From NCBI GenBank assembly GCA_963735035.1, contig CAVTJJ010000005.1, forward strand, positions 45,193 to 109,192: a stretch of 64,000 nt of DNA, read 5' to 3'. Below the pieces are notes generated by a model. It was not told where the DNA came from and did not search any database. It saw nothing but the letters and a program-made list of their open reading frames with translations. The DNA is from an uncultured candidate division Zixibacteria bacterium (GTDB lineage: Bacteria; Zixibacteria; MSB-5A5; GN15; FEB-12). Shown piece by piece: positions 38,954 to 47,265 of this stretch. The first letter of the stretch is position 1; each line of letters begins with the position of its first letter. A program made the position numbers and the translations under genes.

Positions 38954-39895
38954 TCAGTTATCCTTCTCCAACCATTCCAACATAGCCTTGATGCTTCCAG
39001 TGGCTAGGGCGATGCTCGTGTCGGCGGCCCCGTAATAGACATGAATAGTATCCCCATCGGGAAGAATCGTTTGACCGCAGGGAAAAACCACATTCCCGAC
39101 GTCGCCTTGTAACTCGTAGGAATCCTCAGGACCAAAAATCCACTGACTGCCTCGTTTGAGACACACCTCAGGGGACTTCAGGTCGAACAGCGCAAGACCA
39201 AGTCGATATATCGCTCCCGCGGCGGTATGTCGCACGCCATGGTAGAGCATCAGCCAGCCCTTCGGAGTCTCGATCGGGGGAGACGAGAGACCGATCTTGT
39301 TAGCATCCCACCACCCACCACGGCGGGCTTCGAGCATGATCTTGTGACTACCCCAGTGAGTAAGGTCAGGCGAGTACGAAATCCAAATGTGCGCTCGGGG
39401 CGAACTGACCGGTCGATGAATCAGCGCCCAGCGACCGTCGATGCGATGCGGCAGCAAAGTAGCGTCTTTATCTTCCGGGGGCATGATTACGCCGTAGCGT
39501 TTGAACTGGCGGAAATCTTCGGTAGTCGCCAGCGCCACGCCTGGTCCGTCGCGAGTGAAAGCGGTATAGACAATGACATACTTACTCAGCTCAGGGACAT
39601 AAGTAATGCGTGGATCTTCAATGCCCCAAATCTCCTCGGGAAAATGCTCCGGATCCGGCATCAAAGTTGGTTCCGGATCAATCTGCCAGCCATCCAGGCC
39701 ATTGGCTGAGCGGGCCGCACAGAGATGAGACTGGCCGCGTCGATCTTCAACGCGACACAAGAGCAGGGTGGTGCCATCCGGCAACAACGTCGCGCCGGGA
39801 TTGAACACGCTATTAACAGGATAGGGCCAGTTCGTGGACGTTAACATCGGGTTGCGACTGTGACGCCGAAGAAGTTCGGGGTGCGAATTGCTCAT
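38954..39895 (-). CDS. GH130 family glycoside phosphorylase/hydrolase
   Basis: 'VFNPGA', 'GIEDPRI', 'EDKDA', 'IHRP', 'PPIETPKGWLMLYHGV', 'GDVGNVVFPCG', 'YYGAADT'. Confidence 0.93.
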   Translation of the reverse strand: MSNSHPELLRRHSRNPMLTSTNWPYPVNSVFNPGATLLPDGTTLLLCRVEDRRGQSHLCAARSANGLDGWQIDPEPTLMPDPEHFPEEIWGIEDPRITYVPELSKYVIVYTAFTRDGPGVALATTEDFRQFKRYGVIMPPEDKDATLLPHRIDGRWALIHRPVSSPRAHIWISYSPDLTHWGSHKIMLEARRGGWWDANKIGLSSPPIETPKGWLMLYHGVRHTAAGAIYRLGLALFDLKSPEVCLKRGSQWIFGPEDSYELQGDVGNVVFPCGQTILPDGDTIHVYYGAADTSIALATGSIKAMLEWLEKDN

Positions 39896-39916
39896 CAGGT
39901 ATGATTCTCCCACAGG

Positions 39917-42178
39917 CTAAAAAGTGTTCTCGGCCAGGCGCAGTTCCAGTAACGACTGGAGGAAGGCGAGCGTAGATTCGGCGCCGAGATTGGCGTTGGC
40001 GCGGTCGGGGTGAAGGCCGTCGCGACATCCCCCCGTAGTAGGGTCGTAGATAGATAGATTCAGATCGTTGCGTCCAAGGAACCATTCAAAGGCGCGTTGG
40101 GCTTCCTTGCGCCAGAGATCGTCATGAGTGATGCGATAGGCCTCGAGACAGGCCGACACCATGGCCTGGCCTTCGACTGGCTGCTGATCGAAGCGGGCGC
40201 GGTCGTGACCTCGTTGATAGAAGCCGTTGGATCCGATCGGGACAAAATGCCCGCCTTTGCCGGCTCGTTGAACGTTAGTCAACCAGGTGAGCGATTCCAG
40301 TCCGGCGTCGATCATGGCCGCACTCTGAACCGATTGTCCGCAAATAAGCGAAGCGTGGGGTAGGACGGCGTTGCAGTAGGTAAGTCCCTCTTCGTACCAG
40401 CGCCAGTCGTCCGAGCGACACTTCTTATACAACGACAGGAGACGCTGGGATAATACTTCCTGAACCTGGCTGGCGCGTCGATCTCCGGCAAACCGGTGGA
40501 GGTATTCATGGATGCCGATGAGCGCGAAGGCCCAGGCGCGAGGACTGGTCGTGTTGACAATGGCCGGCAATGCCCGCTCGAACAGCCACCCGGCCATACT
40601 CTGAAGCGCCGGGGTATGAGAGCGACCCAGAACCGTCCCGAGAGCCCACAACGCGCGGCCATGGCTGTCGTCGGAGCCGGTTGCTTCGAGCCAGGTACGC
40701 TGGTAGGTCATGAAATTGCGAAATCGTCCCGTCTCGGCATTGTACGCATACCAGATGAAAGCGAGATAGCGCGAGGCCAATTCGAAAGCCTCCTGATTGC
40801 CGACATCTTCGAGCAGCGCGCTCACCGTAAGGGCACGGGCATTGTCATCCGTGGTGTACCCTTCGTGATAATTCGGGATGGTGAAGATGGCATGCTGCAG
40901 GATACCGGTCTCGTCGGTCATGTTCAGCAGGTGATCGAGTTTCAGAGGCGGCAGTTCGCCCGGATGTTTATCGAGAGCCTTGACTGCAAAGCCCGGGTGG
41001 CTGAAATGGCGTCGACCGGCTCGCGCGCGCTCGAAAGTCTCGCGATAGCGACGAGCAACCTGCGGCCAGATCATTTCCCGTCCGAACAGGTAGGCGCGTT
41101 TGCGCATGGCATGACGTGCGGCTTCGTCACTCAACAGATCGTTGACCTTTCGGGCAAGAGCAGGCGGATCTCGAAACGGAACCAGAACGCCGCGCTCATC
41201 AGCCAGCATTTCTTCGGCGTACCAGTACGGTGTCGAGATTACTGCCTTCCCGGCGCCCAGTGTGTACGCGAGCGTGCCGGAAGTGATCTGCGCCTTGTTG
41301 AGATAGGGCGTGATGTATATATCCGCGGCTCCAATAAACTCAATCAGTTCTTCCAGACTAACAAAGCGGTTGTAGAAAATGACATTGCTCTCGACGCCCC
41401 GCTCACGCGCCAGCCACTGCAGCGAAAGACGATAGGCCTCGCCGTCGGTTTCTATGACGTGAGGATGCGTCTCGCCCAGAATTATGTAGACTACATTGGG
41501 ATGTACAGCCAGAATCTCGGGGAGGGCTTCGATGACATTCTCGATCCCCTTGCTGGCCGAAAGCAAACCGAAACTGAGCAGGACCATTTTCCCTTCGACA
41601 CCGAACAAATCCTTGTGAAAACTCGGGTCAACAAAGGGCACGTCGGGGATGCCGTGGGGGATGACGTCGATCTTGTCGGCAGACACATGGTAGATATCTG
41701 TCAGGAAATCTTTGCCGCGCTGGCTCATTACTACTAGTCGGTCAGAGAGAGTGACAATTTCTTCCAACACCGACCGCTGGTCCGCATCCGGTTCGAGCAA
41801 CACGGTGTGCAGGGTCGTGACAATCGGCATACGCAGTTCGCGAAGGAGCGCCAGGACGTGGCTGCCGGCCCTACCTCCGAAGATACCATATTCGTGCTGC
41901 AGACAGACCAGATCGACATTGTTGATATTCAAGAAGTCAGCCGCGCGGCGATATGATTCAATGTCTTTTTCGGTGAGCTCGAAACGAACGCGGGCGGGAT
42001 ATTCGTATCCTTCGTCGGTGTCATTCACCGGCAGGGCGATACAGGTCGTTCCTTCGCGTTCGGCGGCGACTGCTTCACACAAATCGGTGGTGAATGTAGC
42101 GATACCACAGCGTCGCGGCAGGTAATTGCCGACAAACGCAATGCGCTTGATAATCGGGCTGTCGTCGCCTTGTGGCAT
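39917..42178 (-). CDS. GT4 glycosyltransferase fused to a C-terminal glycosidase-like (six-hairpin-type) domain
   Basis: 'PRRCGIATFT', 'QHEYGIFGG', 'SFGLLS..KGIE', 'SGTL..GKAVISTPY', then 'GY.TDDNARAL', 'FDQQPVE', 'GGCRDGL', 'GAESTLA'. Confidence 0.9.
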   Translation of the reverse strand: MPQGDDSPIIKRIAFVGNYLPRRCGIATFTTDLCEAVAAEREGTTCIALPVNDTDEGYEYPARVRFELTEKDIESYRRAADFLNINNVDLVCLQHEYGIFGGRAGSHVLALLRELRMPIVTTLHTVLLEPDADQRSVLEEIVTLSDRLVVMSQRGKDFLTDIYHVSADKIDVIPHGIPDVPFVDPSFHKDLFGVEGKMVLLSFGLLSASKGIENVIEALPEILAVHPNVVYIILGETHPHVIETDGEAYRLSLQWLARERGVESNVIFYNRFVSLEELIEFIGAADIYITPYLNKAQITSGTLAYTLGAGKAVISTPYWYAEEMLADERGVLVPFRDPPALARKVNDLLSDEAARHAMRKRAYLFGREMIWPQVARRYRETFERARAGRRHFSHPGFAVKALDKHPGELPPLKLDHLLNMTDETGILQHAIFTIPNYHEGYTTDDNARALTVSALLEDVGNQEAFELASRYLAFIWYAYNAETGRFRNFMTYQRTWLEATGSDDSHGRALWALGTVLGRSHTPALQSMAGWLFERALPAIVNTTSPRAWAFALIGIHEYLHRFAGDRRASQVQEVLSQRLLSLYKKCRSDDWRWYEEGLTYCNAVLPHASLICGQSVQSAAMIDAGLESLTWLTNVQRAGKGGHFVPIGSNGFYQRGHDRARFDQQPVEGQAMVSACLEAYRITHDDLWRKEAQRAFEWFLGRNDLNLSIYDPTTGGCRDGLHPDRANANLGAESTLAFLQSLLELRLAENTF

Positions 42179-42417
42179 GGTCGGCAGGTTCCTTATTGAC
42201 AACGTTAGGTGATGGCAGGCTCACGAGCCTGTAGTGATGATCCAATTATCACTAGGTAGTCCCCACAGCACAAGAAATATCTGCATTAATGCGAGACAGG
42301 CTATTCCAGGTCAAATCACTGCCAGGCAGTAGCTACAGGTGCCGTATCCGATGGCATTTGGTCACAGGACACATGCTTGCAGAGGTCGCGCTCGTCGGCT
42401 GCTTCCGGTTATACTTA

Positions 42418-42573
42418 TCATGATCTTCTTTGATGGTCACGCTCTGCCGGCGTCATGAAATACGGCCGGGTGTTATCAGACCTCGCGCGGGCTGTTTGAC
42501 GGTTATGTGCCGCCAGGGCTCCGGCGAGAAACCCCGGTATCATGCCGACTATGATCCAAGCTACTACTGACAT
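42418..42573 (-). pseudogene. 51-codon ORF with a GlsB/YeaQ/YmgE-like N-terminus (probable remnant)
   Basis: RBS AAGGGA, then MSVVAWIIVGMIPGFLAGALAA followed by a hydrophilic tail. Later TM helices of the family are absent. Confidence 0.5.
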
Positions 42574-42646
42574 TAGTTGTCCCTTCAGAGTGTGAGCAAG
42601 AATGCGTGGGCGGCAGACGTCCTCGTCTGCCCCAAGTAAGCGAAAT

Positions 42647-42880
42647 CTATTCCTCTTGCACCTTCAGAACGTTGCCACCCAGTTCCTTCCCCTGCATGCC
42701 GATGATCGCCGCGCTGGCGTGGTCATTGGAGGGCATGTCCACCTGGCCGAAGCCTTTAGCTTCGCCGTGCACTTTGTACGCGCTGATGCTGCATTCGGCG
42801 ACCGGGCCGAACGGCTCGAAGCATCCGCGAAGTTCCGCCACCGAAGTGGCAGGTGATAGGTTTCCGACGTAGATATTCAT
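42647..42880 (-). CDS. RNA-binding protein, single RRM, divergent (RRM-2)
   Basis: RNP2 'IYVGNL', RNP1 variant 'KGFGQVDM', RBS AAGGAG. Confidence 0.88.
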   Translation of the reverse strand: MNIYVGNLSPATSVAELRGCFEPFGPVAECSISAYKVHGEAKGFGQVDMPSNDHASAAIIGMQGKELGGNVLKVQEE

Positions 42881-43110
42881 ACTACATCTCCTTTGGTTCC
42901 CATGTCACGGTTCGGGTATCGCCTGGTCACGATGCCGGAATACGCCGTGGTGACGCCTTATTGCGTCATTGTTACCTGATCAAGGGTTAGACAAGGATTG
43001 TTTTGCCGGGACAAAACTTGAGAAACGATCAATGGGTAGACACTAGGTCTATGTATAGTATACGTTTGAAACGCTCTAACGCCTACGTTTATTTCTGTCG
43101 GCGCCTTGTC

Positions 43111-43212
43111 TCGGCAGGCGCAGAGGCCTGCCGATTACAGGTGCAAAAACTGATCGGCAGGGTTCCATCCCTGCCGTTCTTCATTCGGTAGGCGCAGAGG
43201 CCTGCCGATCAC
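43111..43212. repeat. GATCGGCAGG-family REP hairpins
   Basis: TCGGCAGGCGCAGAGGCCTGCCGA and GATCGGCAGGGTTCCATCCCTGCCG. Confidence 0.85.
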
Positions 43213-43296
43213 GACCGCATGACGTCTTGTAGGTCGTGACCATTGTGCCTGCTCGCTGAGGCGAGGTCCCGACATTCCGCTTCAAACGCTGCTGCC

Positions 43297-43330
43297 AAAA
43301 AAAGGAGACCGGTCACAGACCGATCTCCTT
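43297..43330 (-). terminator. Rho-independent terminator of RRM-3
   Basis: Minus strand AAGGAGATCGGTC-TGT-GACCGGTCTCCTT followed by a T run. Confidence 0.85.
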
Positions 43331-43378
43331 CAAGATCAATGCCACAGCATTGCGGCCGTGGATTCGGTCAGGTCGAGA

Positions 43379-43669
43379 CTAGTAAACCTTGCGGTAGTTG
43401 TTATTACCACCACGGTTGCCACTGTCTTCGCGCGGCTTCGCCTGATTGACATTCCAGGCGCGGCCGTTCTGGTCGTGACCGTTGAGTCCGCTGATGGCCG
43501 CATTGGCCTCGGCCGCTGTCGGCATTTCGACAAAGGCAAAACCTTTGGGCTGGCCGCTGTCACGGTCGGTGATGACCTTGACGGTTGAAACTTCGCCGTA
43601 GCCTGAGAAGGCCACGCGCAATTGATCTTCTGTCGTATCATACGACATGTTGCCGATGTAGATATTCAT
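43379..43669 (-). CDS. RNA-binding protein, single RRM (RRM-3)
   Basis: RNP2 'IYIGNM', RNP1 'KGFAFVEM', 'VNQAKPRE'. Same GGAGTGTAGA-ATG start context as RRM-1. Confidence 0.95.
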   Translation of the reverse strand: MNIYIGNMSYDTTEDQLRVAFSGYGEVSTVKVITDRDSGQPKGFAFVEMPTAAEANAAISGLNGHDQNGRAWNVNQAKPREDSGNRGGNNNYRKVY

Positions 43670-43843
43670 TCTACACTCCATTCATATTACTCTTGACGAG
43701 GCCTGGCTGCATAGAGAAGCCGGTCATCTCAAGAGCGTTGATAAAGCGCATGATTGCGCGATCAATTCGAGATAGAACAATTTGGCGGAGAGTTGTAGAT
43801 TAGGACAAGACTTCGAGAAAAGGTCAGACTCAAATCAATGTTT

Positions 43844-43872
43844 ACTATACAGTATAACGGCATTTATGTCGA
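43844..43872 (-). promoter_or_regulatory. sigma70-type promoter of RRM-3
   Basis: TCGACA-N17-TATAGT on the minus strand. Confidence 0.65.
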
Positions 43873-44005
43873 AAAGCTACAGTTTAATTTGACTTTATTT
43901 GTCCATTTTTCGCACAAATCTTTCTGTGCGATACTGATTGAGAGGGTCAAAACGTGGAGGAAATAGCCTGTAAGCTCATGCCCGGTATGGAGTGTGCCCC
44001 TTCCG

Positions 44006-44535
44006 TGATCGGCAGGGTTCCATCCCTGCCGTTCTTCTTCCGGCAGGCGCAGAGGCCTGCCGATCACAGGGGGTAATCACCGTGCCCGGCAGATGCCCAC
44101 ATCTGCCGACGAAATACTGATCGGCAGGGTTCCATCCCTGCCGTTCTTCTTCCGGCAGGCACAGAGGCCTGCCGATCACAGGGGGTAATCACCGTGCCCG
44201 GCAGATGTCCACGTCTGCCGACGAGAACGCGACACCTTGTTCGTAGTTCCCAGCACCCCACTCCGTCATTCCCGGCTTGGCCGGGAATCCATGGGCCGTA
44301 GCGATCGATATTGCACCCGCTTCTACGTGAGCACCGAATTAACGCTGGGACAAGCGAGTTCTGCGCTCTCCCGTGTGACTGATCGCCTTATGCGGACGCG
44401 AGTGGTCATGGGTGCCCGACGTCTCGGGCATGACGGGACTAGTGTCCCGTTTCGCGGTTGGTGGCCCCAATCTATGATCGGCAGGGTTCCATCCCTGCCG
44501 TTCTTCTTCCGGGAGGCACAGAGGCCTGCCGATCA
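44006..44535. repeat. REP mosaic including a 112-bp tandem duplication
   Basis: Units starting at 44006 and 44118 each hold three hairpins. Further hairpins at ~44264, ~44412 and 44475-44535. Confidence 0.92.
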
Positions 44536-44616
44536 CGGGCGCACGAAGTGATTGACACGCTCCCATCACTGCATTATCAAACCGGCGTCCGAACAACAAA
44601 TACATGAGGCAACAAC

Positions 44617-45021
44617 ATGACTAACCACTTCGACGACCCGGTAAAACAGGAAATCTGGCAAACCCTGCGCGCGCTCAACGACGCCTGGACCAAGGGTCAT
44701 CCCGACGATCTGAACAATTACTTCCACAAAGACATGGTCGCGATTACGCCGATGGATCGCGGTCGTCTCGACGGTCGCGACGCTTGTGTGACGTCGTGGA
44801 CCAACTTCGCGAAGGCGGCCACGATTCACTATTGGAAGGAGCTCGAACCGAAGATTCAGGTGTATGGCCAGACGGCAGTTGTTACGTACTATTATGATAT
44901 GTCGTTCGACATGGGCGGGAAGACGATCACACTTCAGGGCCGCGACATGTTTACGTTCGTGAAGGAAGACGGCCGCTGGCGGGCGGTCGCCGACCAGTTC
45001 TCGCGCCAACCCACCGAATAA
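44617..45021 (+). CDS. NTF2-like (DUF4440/SnoaL-like) protein
   Basis: 'LNDAWTKG..DDL..YF', 'IQVYGQTAVVTY', 'VKEDGRWRAV'. Confidence 0.88.
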   Translation: MTNHFDDPVKQEIWQTLRALNDAWTKGHPDDLNNYFHKDMVAITPMDRGRLDGRDACVTSWTNFAKAATIHYWKELEPKIQVYGQTAVVTYYYDMSFDMGGKTITLQGRDMFTFVKEDGRWRAVADQFSRQPTE

Positions 45022-45032
45022 CGAGCGTTTCT

Positions 45033-45413
45033 GGTGCCCCACCGCTTGCGGTGGGTTTATACGTGGGCGGCAGAAACCGCCCCCGACTTGATCGGGGGTC
45101 CTCGTCTGCCCCAAATATCTTCAAGGGTTGTGATATTACGGAGCGCACGCTCCGTCACCCCGGTGAAAACCGGGGCCCAGTTGTGTTGGAAAGAGCGCAG
45201 ACGCCAATGTACAAGCATTCGTAGCGATGGGAGGAGTCAGGCATTACGCCGCTGCCTTAGCGATCACAACTGGGTCCCGACTTTCGTCGGGATGACGGGA
45301 CTAGTGTCCCGTTTCTTAGCTGATGGCCCCATTCTGTGATCGGCAGGGTTCCATCCCTGCCGATTACAGGGGGTAATCACCGTGCCTGGCAGATGCCCAC
45401 ATCTGCCGACGAG
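45033..45413. repeat. REP mosaic
   Basis: CCCACCGCTTGCGGTGGG, CCCCGACTTGATCGGGG, CCCCGGTGAAAACCGGGG, TCCCGACTTTCGTCGGGA, GATCGGCAGGGTTCCATCCCTGCCGAT and GGCAGATGCCCACATCTGCC. Confidence 0.88.
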
Positions 45414-45447
45414 ACCAACCGCCGCCTCACTTTTCGCTCGCCGCATC

Positions 45448-45476
45448 TTGACACAATCTCATCACAGAGCTATAAT
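45448..45476 (+). promoter_or_regulatory. Perfect-consensus sigma70 promoter
   Basis: TTGACA (45448-45453), 17-bp spacer, TATAAT (45471-45476). Confidence 0.88.
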
Positions 45477-45482
45477 ACCACC

Positions 45483-45596
45483 ATGCGAGGAAGCAGCGCG
45501 GGGCAGTACAGAGTATCGTGTGAACCCGCCCAAGAGCGAGTGGGACACCGGTCCAAATGTGCAGTAGGAGTTCTCAAGAAGGGAGCATCTCAATGA
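45483..45596 (+). CDS. Putative leaderless 37-aa uORF coupled to the DUF262 gene
   Basis: ATG lies 6 nt after the -10 box. MRGSSAGQYRVSCEPAQERVGHRSKCAVGVLKKGASQ*. The stop overlaps the next start as ATGA. Confidence 0.35.
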   Translation: MRGSSAGQYRVSCEPAQERVGHRSKCAVGVLKKGASQ

Positions 45597-47077
45597 AGAT
45601 GACTGCTAAGACTCGTGCGATTGACAAAATTTATAAACGGCGCGATAGGTACGAAATACCAGAGTGGCAAAGACAGGAAGTGTGGAGCAATTCCAAGAAG
45701 CAGCATTTGCTTGACACGATACTGAGAGGCTGGAGACTTCCGAAGTTCTACTTCCTAAAGACGTCGGATGAGCCAGAAAACTACGAGGTTGTGGACGGAC
45801 AACAACGACTGGCGACCATTTTTCAGTTCTTTGAGGATGACCTTTCTTTGTCCAAGGAGAGCGCCAAACTCTTCGGTGGTTTCAAGTACAGTGACCTGCC
45901 TGACGCCATTGCTGATCCTTTCGACGATTATGAAATTGAGTTTGACGAGATCGAGGATGCTTCGGACGAAGAGGTCAAGGACTTCTTTCAGCGGCTTCAA
46001 TTGGGTGTTCAGCTTACAGCCAGTGAGAAATTGAATTCGATTCCGAGTAAACTCCGAGATTTCGTAAAGAAGGGGACCAAGCACAAGTTTTTCGCCAAGA
46101 TTTCCGCGAGCGACAGAAGATACGGGCATTTTGACATATTAGCGAAAGTCGCAACGATGGAATTAGAGGGGATTGACGCAGGTCTGCGATACGACGATAT
46201 GAAAGCTGTGTTTTTGAGCCATGCGATGTTCTCGCCAGCATCGAATATAGGCAAGAGACTGACAGCGGCATTGGACTTTGCCTATTCTGGCTTCGCCGAC
46301 GGATCCGGTGGGTTGAAAAACAGGACACTTGTACAATCTCTCCTGACGATGATCTGTCGACTTATTCAATCCCCTGAAGCGATGAAACAACATAGGCGTG
46401 TTGCAGCCTTCTTCGTGGAGTTTCAGAAGGAACTCAAACGACAGGTGGAACTGGGTCAGCAGGCCACCGATGAGGACTATCTGAGGTTTCAGAAGACGAT
46501 AAATGCCAATGTCAAGTCGGGCGCTCGTATCCGACAGGAGATACTGCTCCGCAAGCTGTTTTCATTTGATCCGGCATTCGCAGAACTGCTCGACACGGCA
46601 ACTGTGGCCGAAAGTGGGCTACGCTCAGCCGTTAGCAGGGATGCTCAAGAAATTGTCTACCGAATCGCATCATTGAATGAGCAATATGCTGCCAAGCACG
46701 GGGAAAATCTGATAACAACTACTAATAGAACACTGCAAGCCCAAACCAGGCTAGGAAACGCGGTCAAGAACTTCGACGAGTACAAGAGGCTTGTTGACGA
46801 TCTGTACTTTCTATTTCGTGAGGGGGTTGGGGCGCGGCTTGACGGTCAGACTTTGAAGTCTTTTAATGACGTCAATGTCTTGCGGACCGATCTGCGCCAC
46901 GACGTTGAACACGGCAAAAAGAATAGGATCCGCTCGAAGAAGCTGAAGTCGGGGGAAGTCTTCAAGTCCTACTCAGGCAGCACTTCTCCGGTCGGGCTAG
47001 GTGATGATAAGTTCGTAATGGTTCAGGCAAATCTGCTGTCAGCTATAAAGAGAGATATCGTCGCCATCAAGATCTGA
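45593..47077 (+). CDS. DUF262 (GmrS/ParB-Srx-like) protein with a C-terminal HEPN-like RxxxxH region, candidate defence protein
   Basis: 'IPEWQRQEVW', 'VVDGQQRL', 'FFQRLQ.G..LT..EK.N', C-terminal 'LRTDLRHD'. RBS GGGAG before ATG 45593. Confidence 0.85.
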   Translation: MKMTAKTRAIDKIYKRRDRYEIPEWQRQEVWSNSKKQHLLDTILRGWRLPKFYFLKTSDEPENYEVVDGQQRLATIFQFFEDDLSLSKESAKLFGGFKYSDLPDAIADPFDDYEIEFDEIEDASDEEVKDFFQRLQLGVQLTASEKLNSIPSKLRDFVKKGTKHKFFAKISASDRRYGHFDILAKVATMELEGIDAGLRYDDMKAVFLSHAMFSPASNIGKRLTAALDFAYSGFADGSGGLKNRTLVQSLLTMICRLIQSPEAMKQHRRVAAFFVEFQKELKRQVELGQQATDEDYLRFQKTINANVKSGARIRQEILLRKLFSFDPAFAELLDTATVAESGLRSAVSRDAQEIVYRIASLNEQYAAKHGENLITTTNRTLQAQTRLGNAVKNFDEYKRLVDDLYFLFREGVGARLDGQTLKSFNDVNVLRTDLRHDVEHGKKNRIRSKKLKSGEVFKSYSGSTSPVGLGDDKFVMVQANLLSAIKRDIVAIKI

Positions 47078-47095
47078 TCCTATGCCGCTTTTCCG

Positions 47096-47123
47096 TTGAC
47101 AAGTCCCTCAAAACCAGTACATT
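47096..47123 (+). promoter_or_regulatory. sigma70-type promoter of tRNA-Thr
   Basis: TTGACA-N16-TACATT, followed by the near-perfect palindrome TTGACGATAATCGTCAA (47135-47151). Confidence 0.65.
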
Positions 47124-47155
47124 GGCCGGTCTGATTGACGATAATCGTCAAGTAA

Positions 47156-47228
47156 GCCACCGTAGCTCAGATGGTAGAGCAACTGATTCGTAATCAGTCG
47201 GTCGACGGTTCGATTCCGCCCGGTGGCT
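47156..47228 (+). tRNA. tRNA-Thr(CGT)
   Basis: Acceptor GCCACCG/CGGTGGC, D arm GCTC-AGATGGTA-GAGC, anticodon arm ACTGA-TTCGTAA-TCAGT, T loop TTCGATT. CCA is not encoded. Confidence 0.94.
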
Positions 47229-47265
47229 CTTTTTTATGCCTCTTATTTTGGCGGGTTTGTCTTAC

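Noticed and set aside
44006..44230. CRISPR array or DGR template/variable repeat pair
   Set aside because: A non-coding 112-bp tandem duplication of REP hairpins. Differences are not adenine-specific and there is no reverse transcriptase in the window.
43864..44605. Short ORFs such as 'MIGRPLCLPEEERQGWNPAD' repeated several times
   Set aside because: They are translations of REP repeats rather than a peptide family, and have no RBS.
45486..45500. SRP RNA motif AGGAAGCAGC
   Set aside because: The upstream CAGG/GNRA half and the long enclosing helix are absent.
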